From: a bacterium HR16 | GTDB taxonomy: Bacteria > Armatimonadota > HRBIN16 | Length of the DNA: 64,000 bases | Assembly (NCBI GenBank): GCA_002898895.1 | Contig: BEHS01000001.1 | Coordinates: forward strand, 7,106-71,105 | Direction of reading: 5' to 3' | Shown here: in pieces, positions 46,931-55,533 of the stretch | Numbering within the stretch: the first letter of the stretch is position 1 | Layout of the letters: each line of letters opens with the position of its first letter | Notes under the pieces: model-generated | What the model was told of the DNA's origin: nothing | What the model saw: the letters and a program-made list of their open reading frames with translations, nothing else | The model's database searches: none | Translations under genes and position numbers: made by a program

Positions 46931-47611
46931 CTACTTATTCCTTATCCGAAACAGCCTCTTCGTCGCCTGAGCAGGAGCACGCCCGTCCAGCAGGATGCGG
47001 GCGATATCGGCGTACATACGCAGGCGAGCCATCGTGCCGCGCAGTCGCCCCAGCTTCTCCTCCTTCATCGGATGGGTGACGCCATACAGCGCGACGTACT
47101 TTACCCGCCACCGCTGGCGCACCGCCCAGCGCGTGATTTGCGTCTCCACGCCAAAGCGGGCGAACTGCACGTTGGGCACCTCAAGGAACAGCTCCCGCCG
47201 GATAGCCCTCTGCCCGCTCACGAAGGGAAACAGCTTCTGCGCGAGGTCGGTAGCACGTCTGCCACCACGAAACACCCCAAGCGTCATATCCGCATCGCCA
47301 CAGCGTACCGGTTCCACAAGGCTATCCACGTGTTCAGGAGTCAGCCCGATCAGGTCGGCATCCAGAAACACAATCACAGGCGACTCGGTGTGGCACGCCC
47401 CAACGTGCATCGCTCCCCCCTTGCCAAGATTCTGAGGAAGCTGTAGCGCACGCACCCCGTCGAACCGGCGAGCAACCTCGTAAGTGCCGTCCAGAGAACC
47501 GTCGCTGACCACCACAATATCGTCCACCAGCGACGCTGCGCGCACCGCCTCCAGCACCCGGGGCAGGCGTGTCTCCTCGTTATAGGCGGGGATAATGGCG
47601 GTAACTCTCAT
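46931..47611 (-). CDS. GT2 family glycosyltransferase
   Basis: IPAYNEE...VVVSDGSLDGT...LDADL motifs (DxD). Last gene of a minus-strand operon. Confidence 0.75.
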   Translation of the reverse strand: MRVTAIIPAYNEETRLPRVLEAVRAASLVDDIVVVSDGSLDGTYEVARRFDGVRALQLPQNLGKGGAMHVGACHTESPVIVFLDADLIGLTPEHVDSLVEPVRCGDADMTLGVFRGGRRATDLAQKLFPFVSGQRAIRRELFLEVPNVQFARFGVETQITRWAVRQRWRVKYVALYGVTHPMKEEKLGRLRGTMARLRMYADIARILLDGRAPAQATKRLFRIRNK

Positions 47612-48384
47612 TGCCCCGGCGTCGCGCTCGGAGATTGCCGATTAGGCAACTGAGCAATCAGCTTCTTCGCCCGCAGGATGCGGTTCTCTGTTAACGGGTG
47701 GGTGCGCAAGTTCGCCAGCAGTCCCTTCATGGGGCTTTTCTCCAGCTTCTGCAGCTTCTCGAAGAAGCGCACCAGCCCTTCCGGGTCGTAACCGGCGGCA
47801 TGGGTGTACAGGATGCCTCGACGGTCGGCATCGTACTCGTCGTCGCGGCTGTATTGTAGCATCACCAGCGAGGTAGCAATGCTTGCCACCTTCTGTGCGC
47901 TGCCCTTTGTGCCCAGCGAGATAGCGATGTCCGCCAGGATACTGCTGGAAATCTGCTTCGCTGCATGATGCGCCACGATGTGCCCCACCTCGTGCGCAAC
48001 TACCGCCGCCAGCATATCTTTGTCATCGCCAACCTGCTCCATCAGCCCACGAAAAACGTACACCGGACCCCCTGGCAAAGAGACCGCGTTGATCTCCTTG
48101 GTATCGAGCACCTTGAAGGTGAAGGGGAAATCCGGTGCGCGCTTGCCCTCCGTCTGGCGCATTCCCTGTAGCACACGCTGCCCGATTTCCTGCACCAGCG
48201 CCACGCGCTCGGGGTTGGTGTCCAGCCTGTACTCCTTCTCAATCGCCGCCGAGCCCTCTTTACCGATTTGAATCTCGTCCTGCTTGCTCAACAGGTTCGT
48301 GCCGCGACAGCTCATTAGCGAGAGCATCGCCGACACGACGAGAAAAAGCAACCCGATCCGCCCGAACCATATTGTGCGTGTCAT
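47608..48384 (-). CDS. M48 family zinc metallopeptidase (lipoprotein-like)
   Basis: HEVGHIVAHH zinc-binding motif. Signal peptide/lipobox-like LSLMSC. Confidence 0.8.
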   Translation of the reverse strand: MTRTIWFGRIGLLFLVVSAMLSLMSCRGTNLLSKQDEIQIGKEGSAAIEKEYRLDTNPERVALVQEIGQRVLQGMRQTEGKRAPDFPFTFKVLDTKEINAVSLPGGPVYVFRGLMEQVGDDKDMLAAVVAHEVGHIVAHHAAKQISSSILADIAISLGTKGSAQKVASIATSLVMLQYSRDDEYDADRRGILYTHAAGYDPEGLVRFFEKLQKLEKSPMKGLLANLRTHPLTENRILRAKKLIAQLPNRQSPSATPGQ

Positions 48385-48749
48385 GGCGTTTTCTCCTGTT
48401 TGCCTGACCAGAAGCGCGCCAGCTCCTTGCGTGCGCTCTCCATCATCTGTTGCAGCTGCTGCAGGGTGTGCTGGGTATCGCCGTTTCGGTTGGCGACCTC
48501 CGCAAGCGCTTTACCGCCCTGTTCCAGCTCCCTCTTCGCCTCATCCAGCTTCCCTGCGCTCATCAGCTGCAGAGCACGTTGCAGATGCTGTTTCGCCTCG
48601 GCGATGCCTGCAGGTTCTGTGCCCTTTTGCTGGCTGGCAAGCTTCACCTGTATCTGCTCCACCTGCTGGCGAAGCTCGCGCAGCTGCTGGTAATTATACA
48701 CTACCCCCACACACGCTGCCACCGCCAGCAGGAACGTGATAAACCGCAT
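48381..48749 (-). CDS. membrane-anchored coiled-coil protein, hypothetical
   Basis: N-terminal TM helix, then Gln-rich coiled-coil. Confidence 0.4.
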   Translation of the reverse strand: MRFITFLLAVAACVGVVYNYQQLRELRQQVEQIQVKLASQQKGTEPAGIAEAKQHLQRALQLMSAGKLDEAKRELEQGGKALAEVANRNGDTQHTLQQLQQMMESARKELARFWSGKQEKTP

Positions 48750-49865
48750 CTACGATGCCCCCTTCCCGTGCAGACGCGCCTGTAACCACCACCACAACCG
48801 GGTTTCCCAGTCTACCCGTTTGCGCCATGCCCATGCAAGTGCACCTCGCGCAGAGCACGCCCGCCGATGCCACTGTATGCGCGGCTTCCACCGATACTTG
48901 TACGGTTCGTCGCCGCGCAGGAAGTCGAACACCACACACCCCTCTTCTATCGCCCGACGGATGGCGTAGGCGGTCAGTACCGTGCCCATGCTATAGCGAG
49001 CCAGCGCGGGGTCAAAGCCTCCCAGATAGTAATACGCACGCCGCCCAAAATGAAACACGTACAGCACCGCCCGAACCGCCCCGCCCGCCCGCAGCGTGTG
49101 AAGGCGCAACCAGCCATTTTGCAAAGCACACTGCGCCCATTCACGATGGAACTGCCGCACGCGCGGATGAAAGAACCCGCCGGGCAACATTCTCTGTCGC
49201 CACCGGCGCGTGTGCAGGTCGAACAGCGCCTCCAGCACGGCTGGTAACTCCTCTGGATCGGCGGTATCCAGGCGCACGTCACCCAAATCTCGCTGCATCT
49301 GCCTCTGGGCATAGCCGATGTTGAAGCGCGTCTTTTTACTTAAAGACCCCCAGTAGGCATCCCACGTTTCGGGCAACACCACATACGGACACTTCTCTTG
49401 CCCCACCACGTGCCAGCCTCGCGCCTCCGCAACACGAGCCATCCACGAGCCGTCTGCCATCTGGTGCAGGTCGGCGCAGCATCGGCTTTCCAGCCACTCC
49501 GCCACCCGCTCGGCGACAGTTCGTTCAGATTCGGGCGCCGCGATGATGCCCAGCCTGTCCGAAATGCCAGTGCCCATCCAGCGCAGCACTTTACCCATGC
49601 CCGTCCGGCTGGCATACAACGGGGCAACGCCTGCCACTTCGCCGTCCTCCTGCACGCACAGCACCTGTGCCCTTTTGCCCTTGCCAAAGTGCTTCCACCA
49701 CAGGCTCGTCCATTCCCACGTCTGAAAGGGCGAAACCTGCAGGTTTACCGCCTGTAGCTCGCGCCACGCGGAGCACAGGCTCTCCTCCCAATCCTCACCA
49801 GCAACGACGACTCGAATGCCAGCCTCCTCCTCCTGCCGAGTGATTATAACCTGCCACCGGGCAGG
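48750..49865 (-). CDS. CelD/BcsL-like GNAT protein (FemAB-like, Acetyltransf_6-type)
   Basis: Open frame continues upstream of the track ORF to the stop at 49869-49871. N-terminal SPFQTWEWTSLWWKHFG motif typical of the family. Start codon uncertain. Confidence 0.55.
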   Translation of the reverse strand, partial: PARWQVIITRQEEEAGIRVVVAGEDWEESLCSAWRELQAVNLQVSPFQTWEWTSLWWKHFGKGKRAQVLCVQEDGEVAGVAPLYASRTGMGKVLRWMGTGISDRLGIIAAPESERTVAERVAEWLESRCCADLHQMADGSWMARVAEARGWHVVGQEKCPYVVLPETWDAYWGSLSKKTRFNIGYAQRQMQRDLGDVRLDTADPEELPAVLEALFDLHTRRWRQRMLPGGFFHPRVRQFHREWAQCALQNGWLRLHTLRAGGAVRAVLYVFHFGRRAYYYLGGFDPALARYSMGTVLTAYAIRRAIEEGCVVFDFLRGDEPYKYRWKPRIQWHRRACSARGALAWAWRKRVDWETRLWWWLQARLHGKGAS

Positions 49866-49883
49866 GCGTCAACCATTATCCGT

Positions 49884-50165
49884 TCATACCCCCGTCCGCA
49901 GCAGAAGATACAGCGACACCATCAACCACACTCCACCCACAAAACCCATCACCAGCCCCGCAATGCCCAGTACGTCCAGTCGCGTTGCTGTGCCCGTCAT
50001 CCCCAGCGCATAGCCGAGCAATACCGTCACACCCGACGCTACTACCTGCCTCTGGTATCGCTTGCGCTGGGGATGTTCGATCACATAACCGCATTGCGGA
50101 CACGGTTGCGTGGGGTCGCTGACCTCTGCCGCACATTTCGGGCAACGCACACTCTGATCCATCAC
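49884..50165 (-). CDS. zinc-ribbon membrane protein
   Basis: CPKC...CPQCG ribbon followed by two TM helices. Confidence 0.45.
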   Translation of the reverse strand: MMDQSVRCPKCAAEVSDPTQPCPQCGYVIEHPQRKRYQRQVVASGVTVLLGYALGMTGTATRLDVLGIAGLVMGFVGGVWLMVSLYLLLRTGV

Positions 50166-50972
50166 TCAATACCTTTCCAAAAACTCTCGCCCCTGCCGTA
50201 GAGACTCTACCACATCCTGCCCGCTTTCGTCTTCCACCGCGTACCACCCATCGTAACCGATGGACTTCAGCAGGGAGATATACTCATTCCAGGGTACTGC
50301 TCCTTGCCCGACAGTGGGTCTGCCTGTTTCGGGATGGCGGTCCTTGGCGTGCGTATGCACGATGTGTGGAGCCAGCTCGCGCACACCTTCCAGCACGCCA
50401 TACCACAGCATGTTCGCCGGGTCGTAATTTACCCTCAGCGCAGGGCTGCCGATGTCCTCGATAAACTGCCTCAACACGGGCGCAGGTTCCATGCCCGTCT
50501 CGATGCAGAAGATACCTCCTACCTTCTCGGCGTGTTTGGCTATCTGCTCTATCGCGTCGCGAATAATGGGGTAGACAGGGTCGCTCTTGTGCTCGGGGAT
50601 AACGCCCGGATGCGTCGTGACGATAGGCGAGCCCATGTCCACCGCCAGTTCGATACACCGTTGCGTCTTTGCGATGCGTTCCTCAATGCCTTCCGCCTCA
50701 TCGAATCCGCCAAAGCGCGTGGGGCCGGACATTTGCGCACAGAATCCGCTGATTTGCAACCCGAACGATTCTACCCGCCTGCGCCACTCGGCGCGCTGTG
50801 CGCCTTGGCACACATCGGGGTCTAACACACAGGGTCCGTAGCTGGCAACGTTCCACATCTGCACGCCCTGAAAACCCAGCTCAGCTGCCGTCTGCAGAGC
50901 GTTCATCAGCCTCTCCTCCGTCTCCCCTGCCGACAGCGACCACAATGCAACTCCAATCTTCAATGAACCCAT
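50166..50972 (-). CDS. sugar phosphate isomerase/epimerase (xylose-isomerase-like TIM barrel)
   Basis: RBS GGAGA then ATG at 50972 (MGSLKIGVALWSL). Conserved E/H/D metal ligands pattern. Confidence 0.75.
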   Translation of the reverse strand: MGSLKIGVALWSLSAGETEERLMNALQTAAELGFQGVQMWNVASYGPCVLDPDVCQGAQRAEWRRRVESFGLQISGFCAQMSGPTRFGGFDEAEGIEERIAKTQRCIELAVDMGSPIVTTHPGVIPEHKSDPVYPIIRDAIEQIAKHAEKVGGIFCIETGMEPAPVLRQFIEDIGSPALRVNYDPANMLWYGVLEGVRELAPHIVHTHAKDRHPETGRPTVGQGAVPWNEYISLLKSIGYDGWYAVEDESGQDVVESLRQGREFLERY

Positions 50973-51091
50973 TCTCCTGCTCCTCGCTGGCAAAGTGTGT
51001 ATGGATATAGTTTCACAAAAGGCAAGAGAGTTCCTGTTTGGCAGGATTCACCACCGCCTGACGGGGAAAAGAATTCCGTCAGGGAGTACCG

Positions 51092-52690
51092 ATGGTTGAG
51101 CAGCAAGCGACAGAGAGCGTATCGCAACAAGTGCTTCGTCATCCTGTACCTGCCGGCGCGTGGTGGGTGCTGATGATTGCGCTGAGCATTCAAATTGCCT
51201 TCATCCAGAAACCCTTTCACGTCGACGATACGGTGGTACTGCATATCGCCCAGCAGGTGCTGCAAAACCCGCTGAATCCGCTGTCCGGCGAGCTGGACTG
51301 GGACGGCATGGTCAAACCCACCTTCCACGTCACCACCAACCCGCCCCTGCTCAGCTACTATCTCGCCCTGTGGATGCTCGTGGGCGGAGAGCGCGAGTGG
51401 CTGATGCATACCGCCATGCTGATATGGCAGATTCTGCTCTGGTGGGGTGTGGTGCTGCTGGCGCGGCGTTTCGAGGTCAATGAAACCCTCGCCACCGCAC
51501 TGGTCATGCTGAATCCGGCAACCATCGTCTCACCCAACCTGATGCGCGACGTGCCGATGGTCGCTCTGTGGACGCTGGGTACGGCGGTGTTCTTACTGGG
51601 AAGTGGCGCAGAAGATGCCAGACGTATGGGCTGGGGCGCGCTGGTGACCGGTTGCGCCGCGCTGATGAAGTACTCAGGCCTGGGAGCAGTGCTGCTACTG
51701 GGGGCGTACGCGCTCCTGCAGAGACGCCCTCGCCATCTGTGGTGGGTGTTGCTCGCACTGCTGCCTTTCGCTCTGTGGTGTGTGCAGAATCTGATAGTGC
51801 ACGAACAGCTGCACTTCTGGGCAACTATGCAGCGCGTCGATATCAGCACTCCAGTGAGCGACCGCCTGTGGGGCACGCTGGCAGCGCTGGGCGGAGTGTG
51901 GCTACTGTGGCTGTGGGCGGGTATCGTTTGCAGGCGGTGGCAGGTGGTCTCCATTGCGCTGATAACCGCTCTTGCCGTCGGCTGGTGGCGAGGGCAGCAG
52001 TTTATGCCTGCAGGGGATGCGGAAGCCGCCTTCTGGAGCGCGGCGGGGGCGTTCCTGCTGGTGTTGACCCTCTTCCGCGCGTGGGAGGCTTGGCGAGAGC
52101 AGGCTTTTCCTGTGCTGTGGACGGGGTGGGTGCTCCTCGCGATTGGTATCGGCGCGCCCTTCGCGGCGGCAAGGCATCTCCTGCCCGCCATTGCACCGCT
52201 GGTGTCGCTGTGGCTTCCCAAATGGCAGCTGCGCTGGGGCAAACGGCAGGCTCTCTCGGCGGTAGTAGCGGTGCAAACCGCCTTTGGCATCTATGCGGGC
52301 TGGTGCGACATGCAGATAGCGGACGTTTACCGACGCGGAGCGCGGTTACTGGCGCAGGAACACGGCGCACAGGCGTTTGTGGGGCACTGGGGGTGGATGT
52401 ACTACGCCCGAGCTGCCGGATTACAGCAGGTGAGCGCAAACCGCCTGCCCCACGAAGGTACTCTGGTGGCGATACCCACAGAGGGCGGTGATGCGACAGT
52501 GCCTCCCTCGCTGGTGCCGCACCTGATGTACGAGGACAGTGTGGAACTGAGTGTCCCGGCGCATCTGGCGACTCTTCCTCCCAGAGCGGGCTTTTACGCC
52601 TCGCTCCGAGGTGCGCCCCCGTTCCGATGGCTACCCGACGGCTATCGCGAGCAGTTTGACCTCTTCCGTGTGGAGGCGAAGCCGCAATGA
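51092..52690 (+). CDS. GT39/GT83-like integral-membrane glycosyltransferase (PMT/ArnT-like)
   Basis: About 12 TM helices. First-loop acidic motif (HVDDTVV). Translationally coupled to a polyprenol-phosphate glycosyltransferase. Confidence 0.7.
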   Translation: MVEQQATESVSQQVLRHPVPAGAWWVLMIALSIQIAFIQKPFHVDDTVVLHIAQQVLQNPLNPLSGELDWDGMVKPTFHVTTNPPLLSYYLALWMLVGGEREWLMHTAMLIWQILLWWGVVLLARRFEVNETLATALVMLNPATIVSPNLMRDVPMVALWTLGTAVFLLGSGAEDARRMGWGALVTGCAALMKYSGLGAVLLLGAYALLQRRPRHLWWVLLALLPFALWCVQNLIVHEQLHFWATMQRVDISTPVSDRLWGTLAALGGVWLLWLWAGIVCRRWQVVSIALITALAVGWWRGQQFMPAGDAEAAFWSAAGAFLLVLTLFRAWEAWREQAFPVLWTGWVLLAIGIGAPFAAARHLLPAIAPLVSLWLPKWQLRWGKRQALSAVVAVQTAFGIYAGWCDMQIADVYRRGARLLAQEHGAQAFVGHWGWMYYARAAGLQQVSANRLPHEGTLVAIPTEGGDATVPPSLVPHLMYEDSVELSVPAHLATLPPRAGFYASLRGAPPFRWLPDGYREQFDLFRVEAKPQ

Positions 52691-53541
52691 GTGTGCCGCA
52701 GGTAAGCGTTATCGTGCCCATGTACAACGAGGAAGCGAACCTCCCCGAGCTGCACGCCCGTCTGACGAAGGTGCTGACCGGCATAGACGCCTCCAGCGAA
52801 ATCATCTATGTGGACGACGGCAGCACCGACAGCACGCCGGACCAGCTGGAGATGCTGTTGCAACAGCCTCAACCGGTGTGCGTGCGCGCGGTGCGGTTGC
52901 CTCGCAGGCGTGGGAAGACCGCCGCGCTGTCCGCCGGTTTCGCCATCGCGCGGGGAAGCATCCTGGTGACCACAGACGCCGACCTGCAGGAACCTCCCGA
53001 AGTGCTACCCATGCTTCTCTCACGAGTGCGGTCCGGCGAGGCGCATCTGGTGGTGGCGTGGCGACAACAGAGGCAGGATACCCTCTTCCGTGTGCTTGCC
53101 TCGCGCCTGTTCAACACCACCCTGCACTGGCTGACCGGTCTCTCCCTGCACGATGTGAACTGCGGCACCAAAGCCATGAAGCGCGAAGTGGCGGAGAACC
53201 TGGAAGGCTGGATGATTTCCGATATGCACCGCTACCTGCCTGTTCTGGCAGCGCGAATGGGATACCGTGTCGCGGAGGCTCCGGTGCCTCATGTGGCGCG
53301 TCGTCGCGGGCACAGCCGCTTTGGAGCCAGTCGGTACCTTCGAGCAATAGTGGACCTGTTGCCTGTCTCGCTGATGTGGTGGCGCGGATGGCAGGTGTGG
53401 CTGACGCTGGTGGCGGTATCCATCTGGCTGACGGCGACGCATCATCCGGTCGGCTGGCTCGGTCTGGCGATGGCGGTGGCATGGGCAGGAAGCGCACTGG
53501 CGTTCTGGTGGAAGTATGACTTTCCATCACCGGGGCGTTGA
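52687..53541 (+). CDS. GT2 polyprenol-phosphate glycosyltransferase (Ppm1/GtrB/ArnC-like)
   Basis: VSVIVPMYNEE...IYVDDGSTD...DADLQ motifs plus two C-terminal TM helices. ATGA overlap with upstream gene. Confidence 0.85.
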   Translation: MSVPQVSVIVPMYNEEANLPELHARLTKVLTGIDASSEIIYVDDGSTDSTPDQLEMLLQQPQPVCVRAVRLPRRRGKTAALSAGFAIARGSILVTTDADLQEPPEVLPMLLSRVRSGEAHLVVAWRQQRQDTLFRVLASRLFNTTLHWLTGLSLHDVNCGTKAMKREVAENLEGWMISDMHRYLPVLAARMGYRVAEAPVPHVARRRGHSRFGASRYLRAIVDLLPVSLMWWRGWQVWLTLVAVSIWLTATHHPVGWLGLAMAVAWAGSALAFWWKYDFPSPGR

Positions 53542-54111
53542 CGAGGACGACGCGCCTGGCGGGCGCACCAGCTTCCTTTCGCCCGTTATGATGCTCTGCG
53601 TATAGTACCCCGGCACGCCGTAGCGTTCCGCCACTGTCCAGTACGAAGGCGCTCTGTTGTCCAGGCGGTAGGTCAGCGCATTCATCACCGCCATCATTTG
53701 GCTCAAAGAGAGATACCACCGGCCATCCTCGGTCTGATAAACCGGGATGACAAGGTCCGGTTTCTGCGACAGAGGCACGAGCCAACGGAGCTGGTCGCGA
53801 GGCTGTGGTTGTGGCAACACCGGTTCGCCCCGAGGTTTGGGGTAGCCTTTGTACCAGACGCCGGTTCGCAACAGGGCGTCTATTGCCTGCGGGGTCAGGT
53901 TCAAAGAGCGTATCTCTTCAGGGTGGGTGAGGCGATACAGCGTCTGTACGTCTCCTCTTTGCAGAGCGATCAAGGTGGCACGCATTACCTCCTCTGCCGA
54001 TGGAGGCGATAGCCACCTGTAGAGAAAGTAGCCCAGAACCAGTATCCCCACGCCTGCGAGTAGCGCATGAACCTTGTGCTTACGTAGATACACAGAACAT
54101 CTCGCCAGCAT
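53527..54111 (-). CDS. membrane-anchored hypothetical protein
   Basis: N-terminal TM helix. Last gene of the 55196 to 53527 minus-strand block. Confidence 0.4.
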   Translation of the reverse strand: MLARCSVYLRKHKVHALLAGVGILVLGYFLYRWLSPPSAEEVMRATLIALQRGDVQTLYRLTHPEEIRSLNLTPQAIDALLRTGVWYKGYPKPRGEPVLPQPQPRDQLRWLVPLSQKPDLVIPVYQTEDGRWYLSLSQMMAVMNALTYRLDNRAPSYWTVAERYGVPGYYTQSIITGERKLVRPPGASSSSTPR

Positions 54112-54119
54112 TGTACACC

Positions 54120-54581
54120 TCAGTGATAAGGCTCGCTGGAGATGTTGTCCCCAGCAAGCCGGTTTTTAGCATTAAGAACGTAAATAGGAGGCGGTGGCGG
54201 CGGAGGTGGCTGTGGTTCTATGCACTGATTGGAACTGCACACCCCTCCAACCAAGGCTGAGGCAAACGTACAAATCACCCACTGCACATTCTGGCATTCG
54301 GGTGCTGTCCCTATCAGCGTCCATGTTCTGCAGCCATACTGGCAACATCCGCCTTCACGTGTGGCACAGGCGGGCCAGACGCCGCTAACAGTGAAGCCAC
54401 ACTGATTGGGGATTGCAGGAGGGCAGGGGTTGGTTCCCACACAGGTTTGTGCGGGACAGGTAAGAACCTGAGGTACACCCAATGCCTGAAAGAAGATGAG
54501 GAGCGTAGCCACGAGTATACCGGCATCCAGCATCCTCAGAATGTGTTGTTCGCGAATGCTCATATTCAATACCCTCCTCAT
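54120..54581 (-). CDS. Cys-rich secreted/membrane-anchored protein with poly-Pro tract
   Basis: TM helix then about 20 Cys in 100 residues and a PPPPPPPPP run. Confidence 0.4.
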   Translation of the reverse strand: MRRVLNMSIREQHILRMLDAGILVATLLIFFQALGVPQVLTCPAQTCVGTNPCPPAIPNQCGFTVSGVWPACATREGGCCQYGCRTWTLIGTAPECQNVQWVICTFASALVGGVCSSNQCIEPQPPPPPPPPIYVLNAKNRLAGDNISSEPYH

Positions 54582-54590
54582 GTAGCGATA

Positions 54591-55196
54591 TTACCAACTC
54601 TCCACCTCCACGACGGTGGAGCGGAGTGGCACCCACTTTGATTCCACTTGCTGGCTGAGACGCAGGATGTTCACGCGCTTGCGCGCGGTACTTGGGGCAT
54701 CAAGGGATGCCGGAGGATTATGCACCTCGCAAATGCACACCACAACCCGGTCTCCCATTCTGGCGACCCTCTTCGCAAATCGATACTCCTCAGGAACAGG
54801 CATGTCCTCACTTTCCACGCACCACTGGTAGGTGTTGACACGTTGCAAGGGCAACCCTGCATAGGTAAAAGGGTCTATCCAGCCGAAATAGCCCGGGCAA
54901 TGGAATACCCCATCGTCCTTCACGTACTGCCTGCGAAACTGTTCAAACTGAGAGAAAGAAGGTACGCCCAGCTGCCAGTATTCCATCTCTTGCCCGGAGA
55001 CGGCATCCGCCCCGTTATAGTCTTGCCGGTAGAGGGCGAGAGCCATTCCAATTTGCCTCAGGTTGGAGAGACACGTGGTGACCTTGGAGCGTTCTCTGAC
55101 GGTGTGGAATGCTGCCAGCAAAATACCTGCGAGCACCCCGATAATAGCAACCACGATAAGCAGTTCTAAGACGGTAAATGCCCCCGATCGCTTCAT
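54591..55196 (-). CDS. DUF1559-type protein with prepilin-type N-terminal cleavage/methylation domain
   Basis: GAFTVLELLIVVAIIGVLAGILL prepilin motif. RBS GGAGAG then ATG at 55196. Confidence 0.7.
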   Translation of the reverse strand: MKRSGAFTVLELLIVVAIIGVLAGILLAAFHTVRERSKVTTCLSNLRQIGMALALYRQDYNGADAVSGQEMEYWQLGVPSFSQFEQFRRQYVKDDGVFHCPGYFGWIDPFTYAGLPLQRVNTYQWCVESEDMPVPEEYRFAKRVARMGDRVVVCICEVHNPPASLDAPSTARKRVNILRLSQQVESKWVPLRSTVVEVESW

Positions 55197-55533
55197 TGGT
55201 TTCTCTCCGGCATCCTCGCGTTCGTCCGCGATGTCTGAGGAGGGATAGTGACGATGAAAGTCGCGCACGGCTGCTCTCACCACCCGTCCACATAAAGAAG
55301 ATGATAAGTTGTCATGCTTACACATATCTGCATCTCCATTACACATCACGGTAACGTCGTAAGAACCTTTTTACGTGTTGTTACCCGCATTATAAATCAC
55401 CACACGAAAAGATGCAATATACCCCCCGCACCTCCAGAAAACCAGCGGTTCTGCCCTCTGTCCCGCGCAGACAGGAGACTTTTGCTTCGTCGCGAATACA
55501 ATTTGCACTGCTTGTCTTTCCGGTGATGCAACC

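Noticed and set aside
51358-52805. 310-aa and 267-aa minus-strand ORFs overlapping the PMT-like GT
   Set aside because: Antisense artefacts opposite a 12-TM glycosyltransferase with coupled downstream partner.
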